From a bacterium (GTDB lineage: Bacteria; RBG-13-61-14; DATKZS01): a stretch of 64,000 nucleotides of DNA. The notes under the pieces are model-generated. The model saw only the letters and a list, made by a program, of their open reading frames with translations. It was not told the origin of the DNA and ran no database searches. The position numbers were made by a program, and so were the translations under genes. The DNA is taken from positions 768,001 to 832,000 of the forward strand of contig CAXXFL010000007.1 in assembly GCA_963674965.2 (NCBI GenBank), read 5' to 3'. This document shows positions 8,044-18,506 of this stretch, piece after piece (positions within the stretch are counted from its first letter, which is position 1; the number at the start of each line of letters is the position of its first letter).

Positions 8044-8967
8044 TCAGGTCCGGCCGTAATCGTCCTCGAGCCTCTCCACGTCGTCCTCACCGAAGTACTC
8101 GCCCCGCTGGACCTCGATGAACACCATCTCCTCCCGGCCCGGGTTGCCGATGCGGTGGGCGACGCCTACCGGGATATCCACGGCCTGGCCGGGCTCGAGC
8201 TCGAGCTCTTTCCCGTCCAGCGTCACCAGGGCCTTGCCTCGAGCGATTACCCAGTGCTCGCTCCGCCTCCGGTGGCGCTGATAGGACAGACGCCGGCCCG
8301 GCGCCAGCATGATCCTCTTGGTCTTGAAGTCGGGCTCGTTCCGGAGCACCTCCCAGCCTCCCCATGGAGTTATACGGATAAGCTCGGAGCTGGGCGAGGC
8401 TATCTCTCCCGCGACCAGCTTTTGGTAAAGCGTCTCGTAGGCGTCGACCATGGCCCCGATGGTGGAGGAATCGTCCGGGTTGGGCATGCCGATCCGGCCC
8501 ACGTAGTTGAGGTCGGGCAGGACCTTCTCCTCCTTCTCGTCCATGGAGACGAAGGAATATTCCTTGTACCTGAGAAGGATCGGACGAGTCATGGGGTCAC
8601 GCCCCGCCCCGTGAAGCGTCGTCAGCACCGGACGGTGAAGCACCGAAAGAAAAGGCAGGGCCTTGGCCGCCATGTGGTTGTGGACTATGTCGAAGTTGCC
8701 GCGGCGGGCCAGGGAAACGCACTCCGCTATCTGGGCCTCCTCGAGCCAGCGGGGATCGGGACGGGGTTCCTCCTCCCACTCGACCAGGGCCACCGGGCAT
8801 ACCGAGAGAAGCTCGGCCCTGGTAAGGGAATCGCCCGAGGCGAAAAGAAATACCTCGTGTCCCCTGGAAACGAGCTCCTCCGTAAGGTCGGAGATCATCT
8901 GTTCCTCCGGTCCGTAGGGCCGGGGAGGAATCCTTCTTGAAATCGGAGCCAACATGGCTACCCGCAT
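8044..8967 (-). CDS. Fusion of a GT4 N-terminal domain and a mannose-6-phosphate isomerase type II cupin domain
   Basis: N-terminus MRVAMLAPI..IPPRPYG..LFASGDS..DIVHNH..TTLHG; C-terminus PWG...LSYQRHRRRSEHW...HRIGNPG...IEVQRGEYFGEDDVERLEDDYGR. Confidence 0.8.
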   Translation of the reverse strand: MRVAMLAPISRRIPPRPYGPEEQMISDLTEELVSRGHEVFLFASGDSLTRAELLSVCPVALVEWEEEPRPDPRWLEEAQIAECVSLARRGNFDIVHNHMAAKALPFLSVLHRPVLTTLHGAGRDPMTRPILLRYKEYSFVSMDEKEEKVLPDLNYVGRIGMPNPDDSSTIGAMVDAYETLYQKLVAGEIASPSSELIRITPWGGWEVLRNEPDFKTKRIMLAPGRRLSYQRHRRRSEHWVIARGKALVTLDGKELELEPGQAVDIPVGVAHRIGNPGREEMVFIEVQRGEYFGEDDVERLEDDYGRT

Positions 8968-9203
8968 GAGCCTTTACCCCCCGTGAACTTTATCAAAGTA
9001 TATCGGGGGCCGCTGAAAAAAGCAATTATCCTGGCCCCGTCGCCCCTTAGGCAACGCCCGCCATCCTCCTTCCCCCGAGTGAAACCAGGCCCCGCGTCTC
9101 TTCCCGCCCGCGGCCGGGTTTGCCCGTCCGGCAATGTTAATATAAAGTTTTTAGTGTCGCCCTTACGGAAATCAGACCATCATTTCCAGAGGGAAAAAAA
9201 TAC

Positions 9204-9974
9204 ATGGACGCCAACAGAATCATATATCTTCGAGACCTTATCGCGGTCCTTACCGCCAAGGAGTTCAAGCTCAGGTATAAAAGCACCGTCCTGGGATACG
9301 CCTGGTCCGTGCTCCATCCCCTGGCCTTCTCCATGGTCTACTTCTTGCTCTTCAAGATCGTTATGCGCGTCAAAATGGACAATTACGCCCTGTTCCTCAT
9401 TACCGGTCTTTTTCCCTGGCAATGGTTTTCCAACTCCATATCGGTGGCGACCATGTGTTTCCTCGAGAACAGGACCCTTATAAAAAAGGTCAAGTTCCCC
9501 AGGAACTTCCTCGTCCTCTCCGGCGTGGTCAACGACATGGTCCACTTTATCGCCACCATCCCGGTCATCGTCTTATTCATGCTTATCTACGGCAAACACC
9601 CATCCATGTCATGGCTCTACCAGATACCCATTCTGGTGGCCATGCAGTTCGGCTTCACCTATGGACTCGCCCTTACCCTGGCCACGTGGAACCTCTTCTT
9701 CCGGGACATCGAGCGGCTGACCAACATCATCACCATGATGTGGTTCTTTCTCACTCCCATCCTCTTCAATATCGAGATGGTACCGGCCAGGTACAGGTGG
9801 ATCGAGTACTTCAATCCCATGGCCTCGATTATCATGTGCTGGCGTTCCCTCTTCCTGGAGGGGACCATACCCCTTGGCTTTCTCGCCGCCGGCGTGGTTT
9901 ACGCCGCGGCCGCCGTCATAATGGGCGGGTACGTTTACGAGAAGATGGAATGGAGGTTCGCCGAGATTGTCTAG
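9204..9974 (+). CDS. wzm: Polysaccharide ABC exporter permease
   Basis: EFKLRYKSTVLGYAWSVLHPL, KKVKFPR, FFRDI, FFLTPI and NPMA motifs. Confidence 0.9.
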   Translation: MDANRIIYLRDLIAVLTAKEFKLRYKSTVLGYAWSVLHPLAFSMVYFLLFKIVMRVKMDNYALFLITGLFPWQWFSNSISVATMCFLENRTLIKKVKFPRNFLVLSGVVNDMVHFIATIPVIVLFMLIYGKHPSMSWLYQIPILVAMQFGFTYGLALTLATWNLFFRDIERLTNIITMMWFFLTPILFNIEMVPARYRWIEYFNPMASIIMCWRSLFLEGTIPLGFLAAGVVYAAAAVIMGGYVYEKMEWRFAEIV

Positions 9975-10731
9975 CCGGCCCGCCATAGTCTTCGAGGACG
10001 TCAAGAAGAGCTATATTGTCTCCGACGCCCGTCTCCAGGGATTCAAGGACATCGTGATCAATTTTCCGCGATACCTTAAGTCCCTTCGCGCCCGCGGAGA
10101 GTATGAGGCCCTGAAGGGCGTCAGCTTCAAGGTGGAAAAGGGCGAGTGCTTCGGGATCATCGGACGAAACGGCTCGGGCAAGTCCACCATCCTCGGCCTG
10201 ATCGCGGGCGTCCTGAAGGCCGGCGGAGGCCGCGTCGAGGTCGCCCATCGCGTCAGTCCTCTCCTCGAGTTGGGCGCCGGCTTCCATCCCCAGCTCACCG
10301 GCGCGGACAACGTGATACTTAACGGCGTCCTCCTCGGCATGACCCGAAAGCAGGTCGAGGAAAAGTACGACGACATAGTGGAGTTCGCCGAGCTGGGCGA
10401 CTTTATCGACCGCCCCCTCCTCACCTATTCCTCGGGCATGGTCGCCCGTCTCGGCTTCTCCGTCGTGGTCCATCTCGAGCCGCGAATACTCCTTATCGAC
10501 GAGACCCTGTCCGTGGGCGACGAGCGTTTCCAGAAGAAATGCATAAGGAAGATGGAGGAGTTCAGGGACCGGGGAATAACCATGGTCTTCGTCAGTCACG
10601 ATCTCGAGGCCGTGAGAAGGATTTGCGACCGCGTCGCCCTGCTCGAAAAGGGGGTCATCCAGGCCGAGGGAGAGCCCGCCGGGGTGGTGGCCGAATATCT
10701 TAAAACTCTTCAAATCAACGGAGACGGATAA
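9967..10731 (+). CDS. wzt: Polysaccharide ABC exporter ATPase (no C-terminal carbohydrate-binding domain)
   Basis: GRNGSGKST, LELGAGFHP, YSSGMVARLGF, LLIDETLSVGDERFQKKC; 254 aa. Confidence 0.9.
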   Translation: MSSRPAIVFEDVKKSYIVSDARLQGFKDIVINFPRYLKSLRARGEYEALKGVSFKVEKGECFGIIGRNGSGKSTILGLIAGVLKAGGGRVEVAHRVSPLLELGAGFHPQLTGADNVILNGVLLGMTRKQVEEKYDDIVEFAELGDFIDRPLLTYSSGMVARLGFSVVVHLEPRILLIDETLSVGDERFQKKCIRKMEEFRDRGITMVFVSHDLEAVRRICDRVALLEKGVIQAEGEPAGVVAEYLKTLQINGDG

Positions 10732-10732
10732 A

Positions 10733-11950
10733 ATGACCCAAGCCCTGGAGGGAGCGTCGATACTCCTGGACGGCCATCACTTCCAGATGCCGGAGGGAAC
10801 GGGCATCCGGACCTATTGCTTCACCCTGGCTCGGGCGCTCAAGAGCAAGGGCGCCCACGTGTCCGTCCTCATCGAGCCGCCCCGCTATCCATCCCGGGTC
10901 CAAGACCTGATCGAGCTTGTCCGAGCCGGCGCGAGCCTGGGCCGCGTCAAGGCCTCGAGGGCGGACAGGACCGAGGCCGGCCCGGCCGCCGACCTGGACT
11001 TCGTCGATTCCTTTATAATGGCCGAGAGGCCCCCTCCCGGGCGCGGGCTACTGTTCCGTCTCGCGGGAGTGGGAACGACCGTGAAGACGCCGAGTCCGCC
11101 CGACTTTTTCCACGCCACTTATCCCATCCCCTACGGGGTAAAAGGGGCGAGGACGATCACCACCATCCACGACCTCATCCCCCTGGTCCTGCCCTGGACC
11201 ACCCTCGAGAAAAAAGAAACCTTCCGGCGCAAAATACAGTACGCCCTCGATCGTTCCGACGCGATCGTCACGGTCTCGAAAAGCTCCAAAAAGGACCTTC
11301 TCGAGATCATGGGCGCGGACCCGGCCCGGGTCCACGTGGCCTATACCTCCGTCGAGCCGCCCGCGGGAAAGTCCGACCCCCGCGCCGCCCGGGAAACCCT
11401 CTCAAAGCTGGGAGTCGAGCCAAAGGGCTACGTCCTTTTCGTCGGGGCCATCGAGCCCAAGAAGAACCTGGGCGGGATCATCTCGGCCCTCATTAAACTG
11501 GGCTCGCCCCTTCCCCTGGTGGTGGTCGGGGCCATGGGCTGGCTCTACGAGGAAGAACTGAAAAGGGCCGGCGAGCTGAGGAACGGGAAAGGTCCGATCA
11601 TGGCCGGCTACGTGGCCGGCCCGGAACTGGACGCCCTTTACGAGAACGCGGCCTTCCTGGCCTTCCCCTCCCTCTACGAGGGGTTCGGACTGCCCGCCGT
11701 CGAGGCCATGGCCAGGGGATGCCCGGTGCTCACCTCCAACGTCTCGTCCCTGCCCGAAATCTGCGACGACGCCGCCCTTTTCGCCGACCCCTACAACGTG
11801 GACGACATGGCGGAAAAAATGAAGGCACTCATCGACTCGGAGAAGCTAAGAGAAGACCTCGCGGAAAAGGGCAAAAAAAGGGCCGCCTTTTTCAGCTTGA
11901 ACAACTTCGCCGACTCCATCGAAAAGGCCTACCTGAAGACAAGGCCGTGA
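10733..11950 (+). CDS. Family 4 glycosyltransferase (MtfB/WbpX-like)
   Basis: TIHDLIP, VGAIEPKKN, FPSLYEGFGLPAVEAM, SNVSSLPEI. Confidence 0.9.
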   Translation: MTQALEGASILLDGHHFQMPEGTGIRTYCFTLARALKSKGAHVSVLIEPPRYPSRVQDLIELVRAGASLGRVKASRADRTEAGPAADLDFVDSFIMAERPPPGRGLLFRLAGVGTTVKTPSPPDFFHATYPIPYGVKGARTITTIHDLIPLVLPWTTLEKKETFRRKIQYALDRSDAIVTVSKSSKKDLLEIMGADPARVHVAYTSVEPPAGKSDPRAARETLSKLGVEPKGYVLFVGAIEPKKNLGGIISALIKLGSPLPLVVVGAMGWLYEEELKRAGELRNGKGPIMAGYVAGPELDALYENAAFLAFPSLYEGFGLPAVEAMARGCPVLTSNVSSLPEICDDAALFADPYNVDDMAEKMKALIDSEKLREDLAEKGKKRAAFFSLNNFADSIEKAYLKTRP

Positions 11951-11951
11951 C

Positions 11952-13190
11952 ATGAAGCGGGCCGTGGTCACCATAAACCTGGGAGACTTCCTTTGCGAGA
12001 ACTCCCGCTCGAGTTTCCAGGCGGCCGCCAAGAGATGGGACGCCGAGTACGTCGAGTTTAAGGAGAAGGACATGGTCGCCGGCCTTCATATATTTTTTCA
12101 TAAATTTCTCGTCTTCCACGTCTCCGGGGCGGACAGGGTCCTTTACATCGACTCCGACGCCATTATCCGGGGCGACGCCCCCTCTCCTTTCGACCTTTGT
12201 CCGCCCGAAAAAATGGGGGTCGTGTTCAATCAGAAAATGCCCCGACTGGGTAGCAAAGACCGAGAGACCTCCGCGGACCTCGAGGGATGGAGCCTTATCG
12301 AGGAACGCCTCGGTAAAAAACTGAAAATGACCGGCCCTTACTTCAACGCCGGATTCATGATATTGACCAGGAAACATCACGAGAAAGTCCTGCATCGGAC
12401 CCACGAGATAATTAAAAAATACAATATTAAAATGAGTCATACCGACCAGACCTTTTTCAACTTCGCCGCCAGGGAAACGGGCGCCGTGCTGCATTTCATG
12501 GACTACGCCTGGAACGACATGCATCCACATTCCCACAGCCATTGGGATTACATGGAAAGCTACGTTTACCACTTCGCGGCCTCGGGTGACAGGAAGATGG
12601 TCATGCCCTTCCTCGAGTGGCGTTATCCTCCCGGTCCCGGCCGGTTTGTTCAGCCCAAAAGGGTCTATTTCTCAGGCCGTGACTTGTCCGCTCTCGAACA
12701 GGGCCTTAAAGGCCCCGGCGGGATCGAGTACACGCGGGACTCCATCACCCGGACCGGCTATAAAGGCAACGTGGTCAGTCACGGACCATACTGCTGGGTG
12801 GCCAGGGGCCGCTACCGGCTCGAGCTCGAGATGGAGGTGACCGGCGCCATTCTTCCATCCCTGATCTCGCCCGTCATCGTCAAGCTGACCTCCAGCATCG
12901 GGGAGAGGCTGATCGGGCTTTACGACTTAAACGACTTCAAAAAACGCGGCGATAAATACGAGATGACCTTCTCTCTCGACGAGGACAGGATATCATTCGA
13001 GGTGGTCACGATAAGGGCCGCCAGGTGCTGGATAGTGGTAAAGGGATTCACCGTGGAAAGGATAGCGGACGAACCCGGGCCGGACCTTCCCCTGAAGGGA
13101 AGAAAATTCAAGCACGGGATCATCGAGAAGAGGCTCCTGTCCATGGAATCGCGCCAGAGGCGAAGGAAAGGAAGCTGGCCATGGGAGTGA
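11952..13190 (+). CDS. GT8-like (GT-A) glycosyltransferase with C-terminal beta-rich domain
   Basis: LYIDSDA (DxD), YFNAGFM, DQTFFN and YHFA; C-terminal GPY..RGRYRLELE. Confidence 0.7.
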   Translation: MKRAVVTINLGDFLCENSRSSFQAAAKRWDAEYVEFKEKDMVAGLHIFFHKFLVFHVSGADRVLYIDSDAIIRGDAPSPFDLCPPEKMGVVFNQKMPRLGSKDRETSADLEGWSLIEERLGKKLKMTGPYFNAGFMILTRKHHEKVLHRTHEIIKKYNIKMSHTDQTFFNFAARETGAVLHFMDYAWNDMHPHSHSHWDYMESYVYHFAASGDRKMVMPFLEWRYPPGPGRFVQPKRVYFSGRDLSALEQGLKGPGGIEYTRDSITRTGYKGNVVSHGPYCWVARGRYRLELEMEVTGAILPSLISPVIVKLTSSIGERLIGLYDLNDFKKRGDKYEMTFSLDEDRISFEVVTIRAARCWIVVKGFTVERIADEPGPDLPLKGRKFKHGIIEKRLLSMESRQRRRKGSWPWE

Positions 13191-13194
13191 AAAA

Positions 13195-14418
13195 ATGAAG
13201 CTGGCCGTGGTCACCGTAAACATGGGCGACTTCCTGTGCCAAAACGCCAGGCAAAGCTTCATGCGCGCGGCCTCGAGGTGGGGGGCCGAGTACCTCGAGA
13301 TCGACGAGTCAAACGGGGTCCCCGGCGTCCATCCCTACTCGCAGAAACTGCACGCCCTGGACCTGGCCGGGGCCGACAGAATCTTCCTGATCGACGCCGA
13401 CGCCATAATACGAAGCGACGCGCCGAGTCCCTTCGACCTGGTCCCGCCGGAAACCATCGGCGCGGTTAAAGATATTAACCCGGCCTTCTCGAACAATGAG
13501 GAAATCGAGGCGATAGAAAAAAGAGAGTGGGACGAAATAAACCACGCGTTCTCCAAGTCACTTCCCATGCCGGTGGACTATTTCAACAGCGGCGCCCTGG
13601 TGGCGACCGCGAGATACCACGCTCCAGTTTGGGAAAGGGCCCAAGATATTAATAAAATCGCAAACATCGATTGGATATTCTCCGACCAGTCCCAATTAAA
13701 TTACGCCGCCAGGGAGCTGGGAGTTCCCATCACCAGGCTGGGCTACACCTGGAACAGGACCCGCCCCGAGCTCTTCGGCCACTGGGACGGCATGGAGGAA
13801 TACGTTTATCACTTCGCCGGAAGCGGCGACCGGTTCACCGTTCTCAACTGGCTGTCGTGGCATTATCCTCCCAAGAGCGTCCAGCCGCCGGAAGCGATCC
13901 GCTTCAAGGCGAACCGGCTGAAAGCTATGGACCGGTCATCGGGCGGAAAGGATGAAATCGTATACAAGCCCGGCGGGAAAGGTACCGGTCTGGTCCTCCG
14001 CGTCCTGGCCTTCGGGCCTTATATCACCCTCGAGCCGGGGGAGTACGAGCTCGAGGTCGAACTCGAGATAGGCCGCCGAAAAACCATGTCTCTTTATCCG
14101 CCGGCCGTTGTCCTGCTTACGTCGGACCGGGGCAAGAGGCTGATCAAGGCCTTCCACGTCCGCGACGGGAGGGCGAAAAAACATAGCGCCCGGGTAACCC
14201 TCCACGAGAGGCTCCTTTATTGCGAGCTGGTTATTAGACACGATCCCACGCGGGAAATTTCCTACCGGGGCTTCTCCCTGACCAGACTCGGGAAAGCCAA
14301 GGCGGGAGAGACCGGCCCGGCGGCCAGGCTCGGCTCGGGCTACGTCACCGATAAAAGAATCTCCCTCTCGGACGCGGCGATAAAAGCCAGGGAGCGCCTT
14401 CGCTCGATTCGATCGTAA
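13195..14418 (+). CDS. GT8-like glycosyltransferase, tandem paralog
   Basis: LIDADA, YFNSG, DQSQLN and YHFAG; N-terminus closely matches 11952-13190. Confidence 0.7.
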   Translation: MKLAVVTVNMGDFLCQNARQSFMRAASRWGAEYLEIDESNGVPGVHPYSQKLHALDLAGADRIFLIDADAIIRSDAPSPFDLVPPETIGAVKDINPAFSNNEEIEAIEKREWDEINHAFSKSLPMPVDYFNSGALVATARYHAPVWERAQDINKIANIDWIFSDQSQLNYAARELGVPITRLGYTWNRTRPELFGHWDGMEEYVYHFAGSGDRFTVLNWLSWHYPPKSVQPPEAIRFKANRLKAMDRSSGGKDEIVYKPGGKGTGLVLRVLAFGPYITLEPGEYELEVELEIGRRKTMSLYPPAVVLLTSDRGKRLIKAFHVRDGRAKKHSARVTLHERLLYCELVIRHDPTREISYRGFSLTRLGKAKAGETGPAARLGSGYVTDKRISLSDAAIKARERLRSIRS

Positions 14419-14464
14419 ACCCCTTTGCATCCGGCGCCTTCCCCCGGGGAATCTTCATGTTAAA

Positions 14465-15499
14465 ATGGTCCGCGGAAAAAGCGCGGTGTTTGGATCGAAG
14501 AAAAGCGGCGGCCTCAGGATCGCCATCAATCGGCGGGTCAAGGGCAAGAACAAGGACAACCCCCAGTTCTGGTATTGCCTGCGCAAGGGCTTTACCCGAA
14601 TCGGACGTGACCTCGTCTACGACCTGGACTCGAGGGCCGACGCCCTCCTGGTCATGCACGGCGTGGAGAACAAGGGCGATAAAATCCGGCGCATGAAGGA
14701 AAACGGGACCAGGATCATCCACCGGATCGACGGATTCGTGGGCGGCCCCGACGGCCGGGCCGCCCAAAGCCCGGGCAACGCGCACCTGATCGAGGCCATG
14801 GAAATGGCCGACGCGGTCGTCTACCAGAGCGACTTCTGCCGCCGCGCCGTCGCCAGGCATCTGCCACCTCCCCCGCCGGGCGCCGGCCAATACGTGATCT
14901 ATAACGGGGCCGACGAAAAGACCTTTCGGCCCGAGGGCAAAAAGGCGTCCGGCCTCGAGGGCAAGCGCGTCATCGTGACGGCGGCCGTCTGGCGCAAATG
15001 GAAAGGGCTCGGCCGCGCCATCGATTCCTTCCTGGCCCTGGACCGTAAGGACTCGGTCCTCCTGGTCATCGGTCCCGACCCGGACCGCGTGGTGGACCAT
15101 CCCCGCGTCCATTACCTGGGCCAAACCAGTCACGAGAAGATGGCCCGCCTTTACCGGGGCGCCGACCTCTTCCTTTACCTTCCCTGGTTCGACTGGTGTC
15201 CCAACGCCGTGGTCCAGGCCCTGGTCTCGGGCCTGCCCGCGGTTTGCTCGAGCCGGGGAGGGGCCAGGGAACTGGTGGGGTCATCCGGCATAGTAGTGCC
15301 CTCGGACCCCTACGACGACGTGGAGGACTTCGCCGGCGAGCCGGTCATCGATCCCCAGGCCGCCGCCTCGGCCATGGCCGAGGTCCTGGACAACAGGGAG
15401 AAGTACGCGGGACCGAGGCCGGACCTGCATATCGCCTCCGTTGCCCGCAAATACCTCGAGGCCGTCGAGGAAACCGTAGGCCAGGAAAAAAACCGGTGA
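14465..15499 (+). CDS. Family 4 glycosyltransferase
   Basis: HRIDG, VYQSDF, IYNG, KWKGL, CPNAVVQALVSGLP..GGARELV. Confidence 0.8.
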   Translation: MVRGKSAVFGSKKSGGLRIAINRRVKGKNKDNPQFWYCLRKGFTRIGRDLVYDLDSRADALLVMHGVENKGDKIRRMKENGTRIIHRIDGFVGGPDGRAAQSPGNAHLIEAMEMADAVVYQSDFCRRAVARHLPPPPPGAGQYVIYNGADEKTFRPEGKKASGLEGKRVIVTAAVWRKWKGLGRAIDSFLALDRKDSVLLVIGPDPDRVVDHPRVHYLGQTSHEKMARLYRGADLFLYLPWFDWCPNAVVQALVSGLPAVCSSRGGARELVGSSGIVVPSDPYDDVEDFAGEPVIDPQAAASAMAEVLDNREKYAGPRPDLHIASVARKYLEAVEETVGQEKNR

Positions 15500-15593
15500 T
15501 TATTCCTTGGTCCCCCCTTATCTCTTTGCCTTCGCTTTGAAAAATATCATCGCCGACTGGAAGAAAAATGGCCCTCTCGAAAAGCGCCTTGCC

Positions 15594-15622
15594 TTGCAAT
15601 GGCGGCCATCCCCGGTTACCTT
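15594..15622 (+). promoter_or_regulatory. Putative sigma70 promoter for trpF-trpB
   Basis: TTGCAA-N17-TACCTT, about 40 nt upstream of trpF. Confidence 0.4.
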
Positions 15623-15664
15623 ACCGGGGACTTTTATCGGAAAAAGCGGACGGGTAAAATTTAA

Positions 15665-16268
15665 ATGGTCAAGGTAAAGATATGCGGCATCACCAACCTG
15701 GAGGACGCCAAGGCCGCGGCTGAGGCGGGGGCCGACTTTCTGGGGTTCAACTTTTATCCTCCCTCTCCCCGCTGCGTTGAACCTGAGAAGGTACGTGAGA
15801 TAATAACACGGCTGGGCAGCTGCTCGCGGGGAGTGGGGGTGTTCGTAAACGAGGACCCTCAAACGATCAAGAGGATCATGGAAACGGCGGCCCTCGACGT
15901 TGTCCAGCTTCACGGCGACGAGGACCCGGAATTCTGCTCCCTCTTCGACAAGCCCGTGATCAAGGCCTTCCGGGTGGCCGGCAAGGAGGACATGGCCGGC
16001 GCGGAGAGGTTCAAGGTCTGGGCCACCCTGATCGACGGCAAGGGCCCGGGCTACGGCGGCACGGGCGTGAAGTCCGACTGGGGCCTGGCGGCCGAGGCGG
16101 CCGGGTCTCATCCAAGGACGTTCCTGGCCGGCGGCCTCACGCCCGAGAACGTGGCCGAGGCTATAATGGCGGTAAGGCCCTGGGGGGTGGACGCGGCCAG
16201 TGGGGTCGAGTCCGAGCCGGGAAAAAAGGACCCGGACAAAATATTTCGATTTGTAAAGGCGGCGAAAA

Positions 16269-16279
<11 letters not shown>
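15665..16279 (+). CDS. trpF: Phosphoribosylanthranilate isomerase
   Basis: [36 protein letters not shown]. Confidence 0.95.
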
Positions 16280-17452
<1,173 letters not shown>

Positions 17453-17456
<4 letters not shown>

Positions 17457-18352
17457 GCGACGAGATCGAATGCCGCCTTTGTTCCTCCTGGAGCGTGAGG
17501 AGCAAGTTCAGGGACGAGAAGATCGGGGTTTTCGAGTGCCTCGAGTGCGGCGCCCTGTTCAGGGCCAAAGGCCTGCCCGAGTCCTTTGAGGAGTATTACG
17601 GCGAGGATTACTACCGTAACAAATGGCCCGGCAGCCTGGGCCGCTTCTTCGAGGACTTCGACCCCGAGGAGCATCACAAAACCAAATTCTTCGATCGCCA
17701 GCTCGGCGAGTTCGAGAGGCTCCTTAAAGGAAAGGGCAGACTCCTCGACGTGGGATGCGCCAACGGCGTCTTCCCCTGGATCGCCAGCCAAAGAGGATGG
17801 CAGGCCGAGGGCGTCGAGGTCTCGCCCTTTGCCGCCCAGTGGGGACGAAAACAGTTCGGCGTGACCATACACCAGGGCAAAATCGAGGACTTGCCCGCCG
17901 GGGAGTCCTACGACCTGATTACCTTATGGGACGTCCTGGAGCATCTGCCCGATCCGGCCGGGGTCCTTTCCGAGTGCAACGAGAGGTTAAAGCCCGAGGG
18001 GATCCTGGCCATATTGACGCCCGACTCGGAGAGCCTGGTTAATCGTCTTGTCAACCTGGCCCATTCCTTCACTCCGGAAAGGACCGAAGGCCTGATGGCA
18101 AAGCTTTACCATGACGACCACTTAAGCTATTTCACGCGGGGGTCACTGGCCCGGGCGCTCTTCGAGGCCGGGTTCTATATCCACTGGATTCAAGGATACG
18201 ACGAGGCGCCCGCCGACACCGAGACCTCGGGCCCGACGCTTATGGCGGTCCACGCCGTCCGGTTTTCGGCCATGCTCGTCCGCATGGAACACGAGATGCT
18301 AATATGGGCCAGGAAACCGCGAGACAAGGGCTGGCCAGGAGGCGGACAATAA
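17453..18352 (+). CDS. Class I SAM-dependent methyltransferase with N-terminal CxxC pair
   Basis: [27 protein letters not shown]. Its TTG start overlaps the trpB stop. Confidence 0.85.
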
Positions 18353-18506
18353 CATGGCTAATTCACCGATATAAAAAGCTATTATCCATTCCATATTCTT
18401 CGGGAAAGCCTTGCTTTTCATCTTCAATATTCCTCAAATTTTTGCTTCAGACGGTGGGACGTGATAATTTATTATGCTTTGCGCCTCGGCGCGAAGGGAT
18501 ACGCGG

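Noticed and set aside
15500-15664. Possible trp attenuator leader
   Set aside because: No short ORF with tandem Trp codons and no terminator/antiterminator pair is visible.
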